Assembly: GCA_013239625.1 (NCBI GenBank)
Contig: MU053645.1
Span: 1,046,274-1,110,273, forward strand
Origin: Lama guanicoe
Taxonomy: Eukaryota
Direction: 5' to 3'
Length of the DNA stretch: 64,000 nucleotides
A program made the position numbers and the translations under genes. Shown in pieces: positions 38,008 through 50,430 of this stretch (the first letter of the stretch is position 1; each line of letters starts with the position of its first letter). The notes under the pieces were generated by a model. The model saw only the letters and a list, made by a program, of their open reading frames with translations. It had not been told where the DNA came from and did not search any database.

Positions 38008-41000
38008 GTTTATTATTCTCTAATAATAAAAGAAAGGCACGTAGGAATCCAAAGCTCTTCCTCTATGTTAAGTCTCTTTGTAAAATAATGTGGCATGTGT
38101 CAACAACTCAGTCAAGTACCAGTGATTGGCTAAACCATATGCCTGCCATTTTGCTTAACTCTAAGGGTGACAGAAAATAAAGTAGGGTCATTGTCTCTTC
38201 CCTGTGCAAGTTTGCAATCCTGTTAGGGAAACAAAATCAACATCTATTAAAGAATTAGAAACTAGAGCAACACAATATATGATCTAAAATAATAAGAGCT
38301 AAATCCTATTCTTCTTGTTCAATATTGTATACAGTTCAGAGAAAGGTGAGATCAATGAAGCCCAGAGTATATGGAGAAAGCTTGTTAAATAGGTGTCCAG
38401 ATAAGAAAGTCACTTTTTTTGCCATTGACTTCAGCGTAAGTACTGAAGATGAAGATGTCTATAAACTTTCCTTCCCAGGTCAGGGTCAGCTCATCAGAGT
38501 CACACTGCTTACCCTGCTATTCAGAGTAGAGTCCTTACTCCTGAAACCCATGCCAGAGAGACAGCTAGGATAATGGAATAAAAGAGATGGAAAAAATAGA
38601 AAGAGGCAGTAGGTGAAAACAAAACAGAGTCTAAATAAAGCAAGGCTAGAAACAGAAAGAAAAAAGTAGCATCCACCAACCTTCAAAATGACAATTATAG
38701 GTTCCTCGTCAAAGTTCACAGAACTCAGGATAAGACAGCTTTGAGAACTAAGCCTAACATGTCCCCAAATGCTGCATCAATGGCATGAAGACACCGCAGC
38801 AGTTTCCTTTCCCTCTCTTTCTCCTGCCCACCAGGAGCTTAAGGACACCTCTAGAAGATGTATTCCAGATTGCTGGCAGCAGAAGTCAGTGACATCAGGC
38901 TCTTTTCTCCAAACCAGGAATGCTATACCAAAGAGAATAATAATGAAAAGAAGCTGAATCTGGCTCTATTATGACAGAAATAACAAAGTGACTACATTCT
39001 AAGTGGCAGCCTGTAATACAAAGATCTGGGGGAAAAACAACTCTGGCCCAAAGGACATGGCATATGGTAGACATTCAATATATGCTTGTTGAATGAATGC
39101 TCAAATGAGTGATTGTAAAGTACAATCTAAGCCTGAGACTATGGAGACTTCCAAGTATGATATTTCTAACATTATGAACTTGCTTTCAAAGACTGTTCAA
39201 AAGGACATTGAGTCCCACAAAGAATATTCTTAGGCTTCTGGTCTTTGCCTATCCCTACGGTCTCCTCTGCTACCACTCTCCCACTTGCTCACCAGGCTCC
39301 ACTGACCTTCTTTCCAATCCCCAGACATCCACTGCTTCTTCTCATCTCAGGGAAGTTGCACATGCTCTTTTCTCTGTCCAGAATATAATCCCTTCTCCTC
39401 ACCCCACCACCACTAACTGACTCCCACTCATCCTTGAGGTCCCTGGAGTTTTCAATCTCCTGTCTGAAGCCAGCTATAAAAGTATGAACCAGCATGTAAT
39501 TTAAAACATTCATGCAATTAAGAAAAACAGGTGATGTCAGGAGAGTACAATAATAGTATGTTCTTAGTGTCACTGTCACAGTTGGAAGCATAAGCTGAAC
39601 AGACCATGAGTCTTACCCACTGTATTAATTCTTCATTTCTTTGTGCCTAGTGTAGCTTAGTAACAACAAAAGATACAATAAAGGTAAGTGAAACAGAGTT
39701 GAGAACTAGGCATTCTCTGTTTTCTATTCTACAGTCCAAGAATCAGTCCCACTCTTCCCTATACATTCCCCGCCGAAACAGGACATTTCCCACCACTACA
39801 CTATCAACCTCCTCTCTATATCCTGGCCCCATTCAAAACTCAGAAAAAGGAACCTGCGAAAGTAATGGAAAATATAACTAAAATCCTGGAAGAATTGGGC
39901 AATGATTATAATTTTGTTTCTGTCTTCCAGTGTCTTCCAAGACAAATGAACCTACAGGCCACCTACCATCAGAATCCATCCCAAGGACCCTCCCCATCTA
40001 TGTGCCTTCACAAAACAGAGTTTACTCGAAGTAGTGGCATAAATGCTGATGCTTTTGTTAAGACAAGAAAAAAGCACCAACTTACTTGCCTTCATTCTCC
40101 ACTAAGACCCCACCAGAAATTCATTCCTTGGCAATACTCTTGTGGTCACAGTGGGAATGACGGCATGTCTCCACGGACATCATGATGCACAGCGACTCTT
40201 TTTGCTGTGTGACAGGGAAGGTCTACAGGTCAATTAGTATTTTTTGTGGTCCAGACCCAAGCATGATAATGAGATGCTAATATACCATAGGTAAATTTCT
40301 AGTTTATGTCATTGATAGAATTATAGATACTGTCATATTGTAAATACTAATAATATCAGGGCCTAGTATGCAGATGACCAAGGGGGTCTCCAGGGGGTCT
40401 AGGAGCACAGTCTGAAAACTATTGAATGTAGCACATTTTGTCATTCTGGTTTCCTTCTTCAGAGGGTGCTGTTTGATGAATAGTATGTTTGCCTCCTAAA
40501 ATGAAGTTCAAAGCCCTTAGGTGCAAGTTAAGTTTCTCAGCTGCCATTTGCATTGCCCTTCCTGCCAGCATAATAAACTGCAATTTTCCTTTTCAAACTC
40601 ATTAACCTACCAGAGATAAGAGACATCTCTTATTAATGCCATTGCAGAACTGACAGAAATGGGGACCAGAAAGGCACCGAGATTATATCTAGGCACAGGG
40701 CTCAGGTTCCCTCAACAAATGGCATTCAGTGTCTCAGTTATCAGATCCTTCACCGCCTGTCTGCTCCTCATTCACCACTGTAATCAGAGAGAGCAGACCT
40801 GTGAAGCTACCAGACAAGGCCATCATTCTTCCACTACCCCACCCCCACCATGGGGCCCCGATACTACTCCGTTCTGAGTCACTAATAATGATTCATTCTT
40901 AATAAACGTGGAAACCCACGTTCCAGGTTAACAGATGAAAGTCTATTATCCCTTATTTCCAAAACCAACTGCTTCACCTGTGTTCTCTATCCATGACTCC

Positions 41001-41584
41001 TTGCCACCTCCCAGACTTTGCTCCCTCAATGACCTGCTTTCTTTTTACTGACTCTTTTGCCAGTGTTTTTCAAACATGTGTTGCCCCTCACCCCCTAAGA
41101 CAAAAGGAGGGAAAAAACACATTTGGCTTGATTATGCTGCCATTTCAGAAACCAATGATTTTTCTCCTTCCATTCAATGCCAAACTTGTGACAAAATTTT
41201 ATCCCAACACCTCCATTTTCTCAGCAGCGCTTCGCTCCTTAATCTCTTATCATCTGGTTTCCATGATCACCAAAATACTGCAATTATTCTCTCAAAGGTC
41301 ACCTATGTCCTGCTTTTTTCACTGTCTTTATTCTTGAACTCTGTAGTTTTCCTGGAGGTTGACCATCCCTCCTTCTTGACTCGTTTCTTCCTTGTTTTTT
41401 GTTTGTTTTGGTAACTATCCAACTCTGGTTTTCTTCTTCCTATTCTAACCAGTTATTAACTGTCTCTCCGCTAATTCTTTATCTCATCCACGCAGGTGGG
41501 TATTAACTAAAGTTCTGTCTTCAGTCCTCTGCCCTTTTTGTCTCTAGCATTTTCTCCCTGAGGACTGGGAAAATTTGATATCAA

Positions 41585-42345
41585 GCCAGAGTGACAAATT
41601 CAAGTGCTTACAAGGACCAGGCAGGTAATGTAAGTGAAGAAAAAGATGGATGGGTGTCAGATACAACTGGGGAGTGTCGGATGCTGGGGGTAAACTATTG
41701 AGTTAGCTTATATTTCTAAAGGGAAAGATGCTGCTCAGTCCCAGCCAATGTATGCCATGTGGTCTGAATGTGCCAGCTCTTCCAATTTTTCATCAGAAGT
41801 CTGAAGTCTAGATCTTTCTGTTAATTCTCAAAATTTTTAAATGTTAATCACCAATTCAGCTTTTTTTTTTTTTTAATGATGTAGGTTGTTTCAGTTAGGA
41901 TTGGCTAGGTTCTACTGTTTCTACACATGACCCCAGAATCTTAGCTTACAACAAAAGATGGTTCCTTACCCACGTTCCAACCCCATCACAGGTCAATTGT
42001 ATCTCTGCTCCACATCATGTTTAGCCTAGGACTCAGGTGGACAAAGCTACTTCTATCTAGAATATTGATGATCTCATGACAGAAGAAAAAGAAAACGTGG
42101 TGAATCATGCACTGAAATTATGCACTTAAATCATGCCTTAAATCTCCTCTCAAAAATACTATACATCATCTCTGCTCACCTTTCATTTGCCAAAACAAGT
42201 CAAATGACCTAGGCTGACTTCAATGAAAAGGGGGAGTATAATCAGCTCTCAGAGAGAAGTACCAAGTATTTGTGAACAGTAACATAATCTACTATACTGG
42301 CAAACACAACTATCAGTGGTCCATTATCAGTTTGCAACCTCTAAT
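41585..42345. mobile_element. MER45-like hAT element interrupted by an MLT1K-like LTR (about 41885-42295, minus)
   Basis: gtgacaaattcaagtgcttacaaggaccaggcagg...; LTR text tcagttaggattggctagg...gccaaaacaagtca...gtgaacagtaa; hAT end cagtttgcaacctct. Confidence 0.6.
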
Positions 42346-43166
42346 TTTCAAGAAAGAGCAGGGAACAAGAGACTCAAGAAATCCCATTTGTCATCACCAC
42401 TCAGGAACTATATGGTACCCTGGGCGAGTCACTTCACCAATTGGTCTCATCTGTAAAATGAGGAACTTAGAGTAGATGATTTTTAAGGTCTCCTTACAGA
42501 CCTACTATACTGAGTGTGTGAACAGCTCTGCAAAGATAGAAGACTACTGAGACTAAACCTCACAAACTACTTTCATCCAAGTCCCAGTCCTACATTTTCT
42601 AAAAGTAGCTGCACATTTTTACTTAAATGTCTAACCACTAGCATCTAGCAAGTCCTAATCCAAACTGCTCTTCACTCAAACATTGATTTTCTTATTTGTA
42701 AATGATTCTACTATCAAAACAATCCAACTAATGTTTGGAATCATCCTTATCTCTTGTATTTCTCTAGTCTCCCATCTCCAGCCAGTCACACATCTCTAGC
42801 AATATGGTCTTCTTGCTATTTCTTTCACCTATTCCTTCCTTTCCACTCTACTGGCTATCAATATTATCCATGCTCCTTATCTACTCATACCTTCATAGCT
42901 CTTGGCTCTTGGCTCTTGCCACTCTTATTTCTGAAGCTTTAGTGTTATCATGTAATCATCTACCTAGCCCATCCACATAACTCCCACAATCTCACCCCTA
43001 CTCAAAGCCTTCAATAACTCCTTGCTGCCTCCAAAGGAAGGTCAAAACTCCTTCACCTGCCATTCAGGTTGCCTTCAACAACTGACTGTATAAACTTAAT
43101 ATGTTTAATGAAAGGATACCCAACACTGCTAATTATTAGAGAAATGCAAATCAAAACCACAATGAG

Positions 43167-44360
43167 GGGGACGAAGCAAGATGTTGGAGTAGAAGGATGC
43201 TTGTAGCTCACCCTCTCCCACAAATACACCAAAACTCACATCTACGGACCCACTCAGCCAACCAGAGCACCTGAAGAACTCTGACAGATCATCGCCCTCT
43301 TCAAAAGATAAAGACGCCAAAAATCTGGTAGGAGAAAAGGAAAAAAGAAAGAACAAAAGGCAAAGCAGCGCGGGACGGGTCCCGCGGGGAGGGAGCGGCA
43401 AAGGAGGACTGGCGCTCGCTCGCTGGGTCTCCCCTCTCCAACCGAGAGGCCAGCGGGAAGGAGGGGGAGCCCCGAGGCTCAGATCTACCCCAAGCACCCG
43501 TTGACCGATAGAACTGAGTTAAACGGGCACAAAGGGTCACCGCGACATCCAGTCCTGAGAAGCGAGCCGGCAGCTGGGATAGGGACAGGCCGCTCAACCC
43601 AGGCGGAGGACGGGGGCGGCTGCACTGAGGCAGGGGGCTGCGTGCCATGGCTGGGAGGGGATACGGAGCAGAGCCACCTCAGTCCCCCATAAATTGCGGG
43701 AAAAGTGAAGCAACATGGCTGGTGTGCCCTGGGGGTAGGGGCACCATAGCTTTTGTCTCCTCAGACCTGCACCACCATTACTGGCGCTTCTCCCGAGGAG
43801 AGAGTCGGGGCGCAGCCACAGCTGCCATCTCCTCCCGTGTGCAGCGCCCAGGCGGGGGCGGGGCCGAGACCTGAATCCACACCCGGGCCCTCTGCATCCT
43901 CCTAGGCAGGACTGAGACTTGTTTACTGCCCGAGGGAGATAGGATCTTTCTGCCCTGGCACCTCAGAGAACTTGCGCCGCCAAGACAAACAAGGAGCTGA
44001 GATTTGGCACCCAGCAGACGCGGGGCCGTTCCGTGGTCTTCCCCGAGCCCTTCGAACACCAACCCGAGGCGGAGCGGGGAGCGGCACAGAGCAGCAGAGC
44101 GACCCGCGACGGGAGAGGGTGGGCACGATCCGCCCACCTGCCTCGCGAAGCGCAGCATCTGACTGGGACATCGGGAAGGGGAGTGACCCACCCGCCCACC
44201 AGAACAGAGCTCAGCACCTGACCCAGTGCTGGGAGGGGGCGCGATCTGCCTGCCGACAGCCACTGGGAGCAGCACAGATGAGGGCGCCAACAGAGGGCCT
44301 CTGGAAACAGCAAGCTGAGTTCGCGAAACGGGGCAAAGACACAAAGGCCTGTCGATAAAA
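43167..44360 (+). promoter_or_regulatory. L1 5'UTR internal promoter / only CpG island in the window
   Basis: High GC and many intact CpGs, GC boxes (gggggcggggcc at about 43854). Confidence 0.75.
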
Positions 44361-44361
44361 A

Positions 44362-44740
44362 CATCAAGTACAGGACGCTCACATGGTCCCAAACAGGAAG
44401 AACCCAAATAGACCCACACCAAGACATATCATAATCAAGATGGCCAGAGTCAAGGATAAATAAATGATTCTAAAGGCAGGAAGAGAAAAGCAAAGAGTGA
44501 GTTACAAGGGAACCCCCATAAGGAGCTCTCAGCTCTCTACACAAACACCATAGGCCTGAAGGGAGTGGCAAGATATATTCAAAGCCCTGAATGAAAAAAA
44601 GATGCAGCCTAGGATACTCTATCCAGCAAGGCTATCCTTTAGGATAGGAGGAGAGATAAAGAACTTCACAGGCAAGAAAAAACTACAAGAGTTTAGCAAC
44701 ACTGAACCTGCTAAAAGAAATATTGACGGGTCTACTCTAA
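44362..44740 (+). pseudogene. L1 ORF1p C-terminal remnant (end of RRM plus CTD), with stops
   Basis: Translates HQVQDAHMVPNRKNPNRPTPRHIIIKMARVKDK*MILKAGREKQRVSYKGTPIR...WQDIFKAL...MQPRILYPARLSF. Confidence 0.92.
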
Positions 44741-44871
44741 ATAGAAAAGAAGCAGGATGCTACAAAAATGAGAAACTCATAACTGGAAAGGAGATAACTG
44801 CCATGAATTACAAAAAGAATAAACACAAAACTGTAAAAGAAGACATCTAAATCATTAAGAGTGGGAGAGGG

Positions 44872-45328
44872 TAAAGAAGATGTGGTATATTTATACAATG
44901 GAATACTATTCAGCCATAAAAACCAACAACATAACGCCATTTGCAGCAACATGGATGTTNNNNNNNNNNNNNNNNNNNNNNNNNNNNNNNNNNNNNNNNN
45001 NNNNNNNNNNNNNNNNNNNNNAAAAAAAAAAAAAAGCATAAATACAAAACAGAAATAGACTCATAGACATAGAATACAAACTTGTGGTTGCCAAGGGGGT
45101 GGAGGGTGGGAAGGGATAGATGGGTTTTAAAATTGTAGAATAGATAAACAAGATTATACTGTAAAGCACAGGGAAATATACACAAGATCTTATGGTAGCT
45201 CACAGAGAAAAAACTGTGACAATGAATATATATATGTTCATGTATAACTGAAAAATTGTGCTCTATACTGAAATTTGACACAACATTGTAAAATGATTAT
45301 AAATCAATAAAAAATGTTTAAAAAAAAA
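44872..45328 (+). mobile_element. Youngest nested 5'-truncated L1 (contains N gap 44960-45021)
   Basis: Perfect 15-bp TSD AAGAGTGGGAGAGGG (44857-44871 / 45329-45343) at a TT/AAGA site; AATAAA plus poly(A). Confidence 0.9.
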
Positions 45329-47469
45329 AAGAGTGGGAGAGGGAAGCAAGGAAAGCCACTGTGGAAAACAGTATGGAGATTCCTCAAAAGACTAGGAATA
45401 GACTTACCATATGACCCAGGAATCCCATTCCTGGGCATATATCCAGAAGGAACCCTACTTCAAAATGACACCTGCACCCCTATGTTCATAGCAGCATTAT
45501 TTACAATAGCCAAGACATGGAAACACCTTAAATGTCCATCAACAGATGACTGAGTAAAGAAGATGTGGTATATTTATACGATGGAATACTATTCAGCCAT
45601 AAAAACTGACAACATAACGCTGTCTGCAGCAACATGGATGTTCCTGGAGAATGTCATTCTAAGTGAAGTAAGCCAGAAAGAGAAAGAAAAATACCATATG
45701 TGATCACTCATATGAGGAAACAAAAACAAAAACAAAACAAACAAAGAAAACACATAAACACAAAACAGAAACAGAATCATAGACATAGAATACAATCTTG
45801 TGGTTGCCAAGGGGGCAGGGGGTGGGAAGGGACATACTGGGATTTTAAAATGCAGAATAGATAAACAAGATTATACTGTATAGCACAGGGAAATATATAC
45901 AAGATCTTGTGGTAGCCCATAGCAGAAAAAAAATATGACAATGAATATATATATGTTCGAGTATAACTGAAAATTTGTGCTCTATACTAGAATTTGACAC
46001 AACATTGTAAAATGACTATAACTAAATAAAAAATTGTAAAAAAACAAAAAACAAAAAAACAAAAAAACCCACAATGAGATATCACCTCACCCTTGTCAGG
46101 ATAAATACCATCAAAAAATCTGTAAATAACAACTGTTGGAGAGGATGTTGGAAGAAAAGGGAAGGAACCCTTGTATGCTGTTGGTAGGAATGTAAATTGG
46201 TGCAGCCACTATGGAAAACAATATGGAGGGTCCTCAAAAAACTAAAAATAGAACTGTCATATGATTAGCAATTCTGCTCCTGGATATGGATCTGTTAAAA
46301 AATATGAAAACACTAATTCAAAAAGATGCATGCACCCCAATGTTCACATCAGTAGTATTTACAATACCTAAGACATGGAAGCAACCCATGTGCCCATCAA
46401 CAGACGACTGGAATAAGAAGTCGTATATATACAATGGAATATTAGCCATAAAAAGAATGAAATACTGCAATTTGCAGCAACACAGATGGACCTAGAGAAT
46501 ATTACACTTAGTGAAGTAATTCAGACAAAGATAGATACTGTTCATCACTTACATGTGGAATCTACAAAAATAAAATAAATGAATGTATATGCAAATCAGA
46601 AACAAACTCACAGACATAGCAAAAACACCAGGGGTTACCAAAGGGGAAGGGAAGGGGGGAGGGGCAAGATAGGGTTATGGGATTAACAGATACTAACTAC
46701 TACATATAAAATAGATAAGCAACAGGGATATATTGTATAATACAAGGAATTATATCCATTATCTTGTAATAACCTATAATGGAATATAATCTGCAAAAAT
46801 ACTGTATCACTATGCTGTACACCTCAACCTAACATAGTGTTATAAATCACACTAGACTTCAACCAAAAACACAACATGGGCTGTTCAATTTCCCTGAGCC
46901 TAAGTGTTCCTGTTTGTGAAATGGACATAACAGTTTACCCTACATACTTCAGAATGTTGTGAGCGTATCATATGAAAAAATGTTGATATGAAATATAAAG
47001 AATGCAAAATAAACTATTGCTTAAACAACCCAGAGCTCCTACCACTTCAAATGCAAATTATTTAATGGAGTTTTATATCACCAAAATTAAGTTTCAGGAA
47101 TGATTTTTCCTAAAGGGGAACCATCTAATGATTTGTTTGCGGAGTCAGAGGTTGGAATAAATAACCTGTCTCAAAGGCCCATTCCAACTCTGAAAGTTAG
47201 TTGGCACCTCTTAACAACTGCTTACATTAGAAACTGAGGGTAAAAGTAATTAAGTTACAGAAATAAAGGCAATGCCTAGTAGTTAATACCATGTGTTCTG
47301 GAGTCAGCCAACCTGGGTCCAAATCTTGACTCTCCCAGTTAATAGCTGTGTGAACACAGAAAACTTAATTAATGTATAAATGCCATTACCATCTAAAATC
47401 TGTTTTGTTCATAAAGAGAAAAAAAATGAAAGGTACCCAAAAACCCATCAATACACACTTTCTGAAAAA

Positions 47470-47770
47470 GAATAAAAAGTGTGATGTACTGACATAGAAA
47501 GAATTCCAAGACATGTTGTTATGTGAAAGGGGAGACAGATCAATATTTACAGTAGAATCCAACTTTTGGACATATATGGGGAAAAACCTAGAAGGATGTA
47601 CAATAAAGAGATTACAGTGGTTATCTCTGAGGTTGGTATTGGCAGGGTAGGCATGTGGATTAAGTGACAGGGATTTTCACTTCTCTACTTATACACTGCT
47701 GTGTTAATTTTATTTTTTTTTTTTACAAGTTTGCATTATTTTACATTGAGCACTTTCCAAGGGAAAAAAA
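47470..47770 (+). mobile_element. Ancient L1ME-like 3' fragment
   Basis: tgtactgacatagaaagaattccaagacatgttgtt...cagtggttatctctg...gggattttcactt. Confidence 0.55.
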
Positions 47771-50236
47771 AAACCCATTTAGAGATGTTTGTTCTAATTT
47801 GAAGCCAAGGGTCTTACTATTTCCGAATAAAAATAAACCCTATTACAAAGCATCACCACAGCCCTGCAAATGTAGATGTCAAACTGGCCTGAGCACTTTC
47901 CTGGAAACATCAGTTAGCAGGAAAGTGACCTTACCCAGGAATGTGAAGGAGTTGTGATCATTTATTTGCCCCTGGTGAGTAGGTAGGTTGATTTGTAGCC
48001 AGAATCTGCAGAACAGTTGGGTGGGACCAGGAGAGGATTAAAAGAAAACAAAATAAGAATGGCAGAAGGATCTTTTAGAGCCTGGTAAAATCCTCACTCT
48101 TTGCAGATGGTGTAGCTCAAAGCCACACATCCCTTGGGGGAACTGTGGGAACCCGAGAACTATGCTTTCATCTGGGAACATAATGCCCCATCTACTCCTA
48201 CATGTAACCATCTTCCTACATCTCTGGATCTTTTGCCATGAAACCAATATCATCTTAACTTGTGTTTGTTAGAGTCTTTCTGCCAGTCTCACCAGTATTC
48301 TGTTTTGAGATGTAAGAGCAGTCAACATTTACAGAGTATTACCATAGACAAGGCACTGGGTTAAACCCTTTACATGGATTCTCTCTCTTAATCCTCTCAA
48401 TAGCCATATGCAGAAGGTAAAATCATTTTTATTTTACAGCTGAAGACCTAAGCCTCACAGAGGTCATCTCAGTGATAAATAGTGGAGTCAGCTGCCACGT
48501 AATAGGTAGCATCGTCCAAAAGGACTGAATTGAATGTTGGTGAAATTTTAGTGTAGAAATATCTGGATCATGGGACTCACTCTGGGACACTGCACTGGGG
48601 GGCAATAAGCACCCATGGAGCCTGAAGCAACACTGAGTATCCGGGATGAAGGTAGCAAAACATGTGGTAGTGATGGAAGTAATTTTAAAAAATCACAGTC
48701 TAATAATAATAGCCAATATTTATTAAGTGTTCATTACTTACTAAACAAATCATATGCAACATCTCATTAAATTCTCCCAAATAGTCAGGTGATGAAATAG
48801 CTCAGAAAGCTAATGTGCTTCATCCAAGTTAGCAAGTGATAGAGCCAAGATTCAAACTCCGAATATGCTTGATTCCAGAATGCCTCATCTCTATGCATAT
48901 TTTGTCTTCCATCATTGTCATTAACTCCCTAATATTCAGCATCTTAGCAATATTCAGACTATCTCATCTTTCATTGCACAGGACAGGTTTTACCATTAGT
49001 TGCTAAGAGTATAAATGTTCCACTTCTCAGAACCACACCATTTTTCTCAGAGCCTGCCCTATTTTCCAGCTAAGGACCCAGTTTTCAGGATAGATTCTAG
49101 CAAAGTACAGATTGTTAACGAATCCAAACACCATTCCACAGTCTATTTTGATGGAAGCAAGCAGTCAAAACTGAAAGGGAATGAAATTGAACTCTGTGGG
49201 TCTGGATTTGACCCAAGGTGATCTTCCCTTCTTAAGCACCATAAGCCACTGCAGCTAAGACATTTAGAGGCAACCTTGCCAAGATGCTGCACAACAACTT
49301 ACTGAGACCCACAGTCCTCCTCTGGAGCCCGTTTACAGAAAACCCCAAAATGGCCCTTCCCAGCTGGATAATTGTATTTTTAAGCCAGTAGTTAATCTAG
49401 CCAACAGATTAAGTCGTCTGCAGGAAGTGTATTGCCAACAGAGTTTAACTGGTATGCTTATAAGAGGCAAACAATTTGAGCACTCTGAAATGTTCCTAAT
49501 CAAGGTGTCCCTTTCCTGACAATTCCACTGCAATGAGTCTTTCTGAGCACTCAGGAGCTATTCAGCAGCTGGTTTACTACCAATGTCTTTCCAGTTCCCT
49601 ACCCGCTCAGGAATACCGTCCTTAGGAAGCCACCCCCAACATCAGCAACAGCTGCTGCCAAAACTTAAAATAAGCCACTTGTTTTAATGTACTGGCCAGA
49701 GAGGACGGTTTCCAAGAGTGCTGTAAAGTCAGCCCTGTGACAAGTGTTGTACCATAAAGCAAGGAGAGGCCATTTCATGTCTTTTTCAAAATTCTTTTCA
49801 TTCCAGCTTTCTCAAACAGATAACCTGACTCACAAATTTCAAATGAAAACCGTTGCTTAGAAGTGCAGTCCAGTGTCTAGAGCAAAGATAACCCATTGTC
49901 ACCGTGCAAGGATATAGCTGGTCCCATTGACCTTTGGCAGAAAAATAGTGGCAGGAGACCCAGTACAAGCCAGCGCAGAAGCCATTTGTCTCTGAAACTG
50001 GGAAGTTGCATTGAAACTGTTTCCAAATGCATTTGCAACAGGAATGAATTCTGATCTATGCACTCAGGTCTAAGTAGCTTTGATACAACAAAGGACTCTT
50101 GCTTCAGAGAATGAGACATCCAGATGGTTGTGCATCACCTTAGTGCTTTAAAAAATGTCCTCTCCAGAATGTCCTCCTTACTCTACCATTTCCTAAGACT
50201 CAGCAGCAGTCTTAAAGGCTGAAAAATATGTAACAC

Positions 50237-50430
50237 AGTGACTCTCAGACTTTGTGACACAGTAGAATCACTTGAGGGAGCTTTGAAAACTGCCAATGTT
50301 CAGTCCACTCCTCAGACTAACTGAACCAGAATCTCAGAGGAGTTGTGCCTGGTCATCACTATTAAAAATAAAACAAAACAAACAAAAAAACCTAGTGATT
50401 CTAATGTGCACTCAGGGTTGAGAATGACAA
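50237..50430. mobile_element. MER5-like hAT MITE
   Basis: cagtgactctcagacttt...agaatcac...gtgattctaatgtgcac...ggttgagaa. Confidence 0.75.

Larger units (their letters stand above)
43167..46064 (+). mobile_element. Young internally deleted L1: CpG-rich 5'UTR, ORF1 C-terminal half, inter-ORF piece, ORF2 tail, 3'UTR and A-tail
   Basis: G-run start followed by CAAGATG (degenerate YY1 site); TSD AAAACCACAATGAG (43153-43166) / AAACCCACAATGAG (46065-46078). Confidence 0.9.
43122..46870 (+). mobile_element. Older host L1 3' portion (43122-43166 and 46065-46870), split by a younger L1
   Basis: The ORF2 motif REMQIKTTMR|YHLT is interrupted at aaaaccacaatgag and resumes at 46079 (atatcacctcac), continuing to a 3'UTR of a different subfamily. 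Confidence 0.9.

Noticed and set aside
43778..44427. Long antisense ORFs (214 aa, 154 aa) in the L1 5'UTR as an ORF0-like gene
   Set aside because: GC-rich sequence is stop-poor in all frames, the 214-aa frame starts at TTG, both cross the deletion junction, and there is no recognisable domain.
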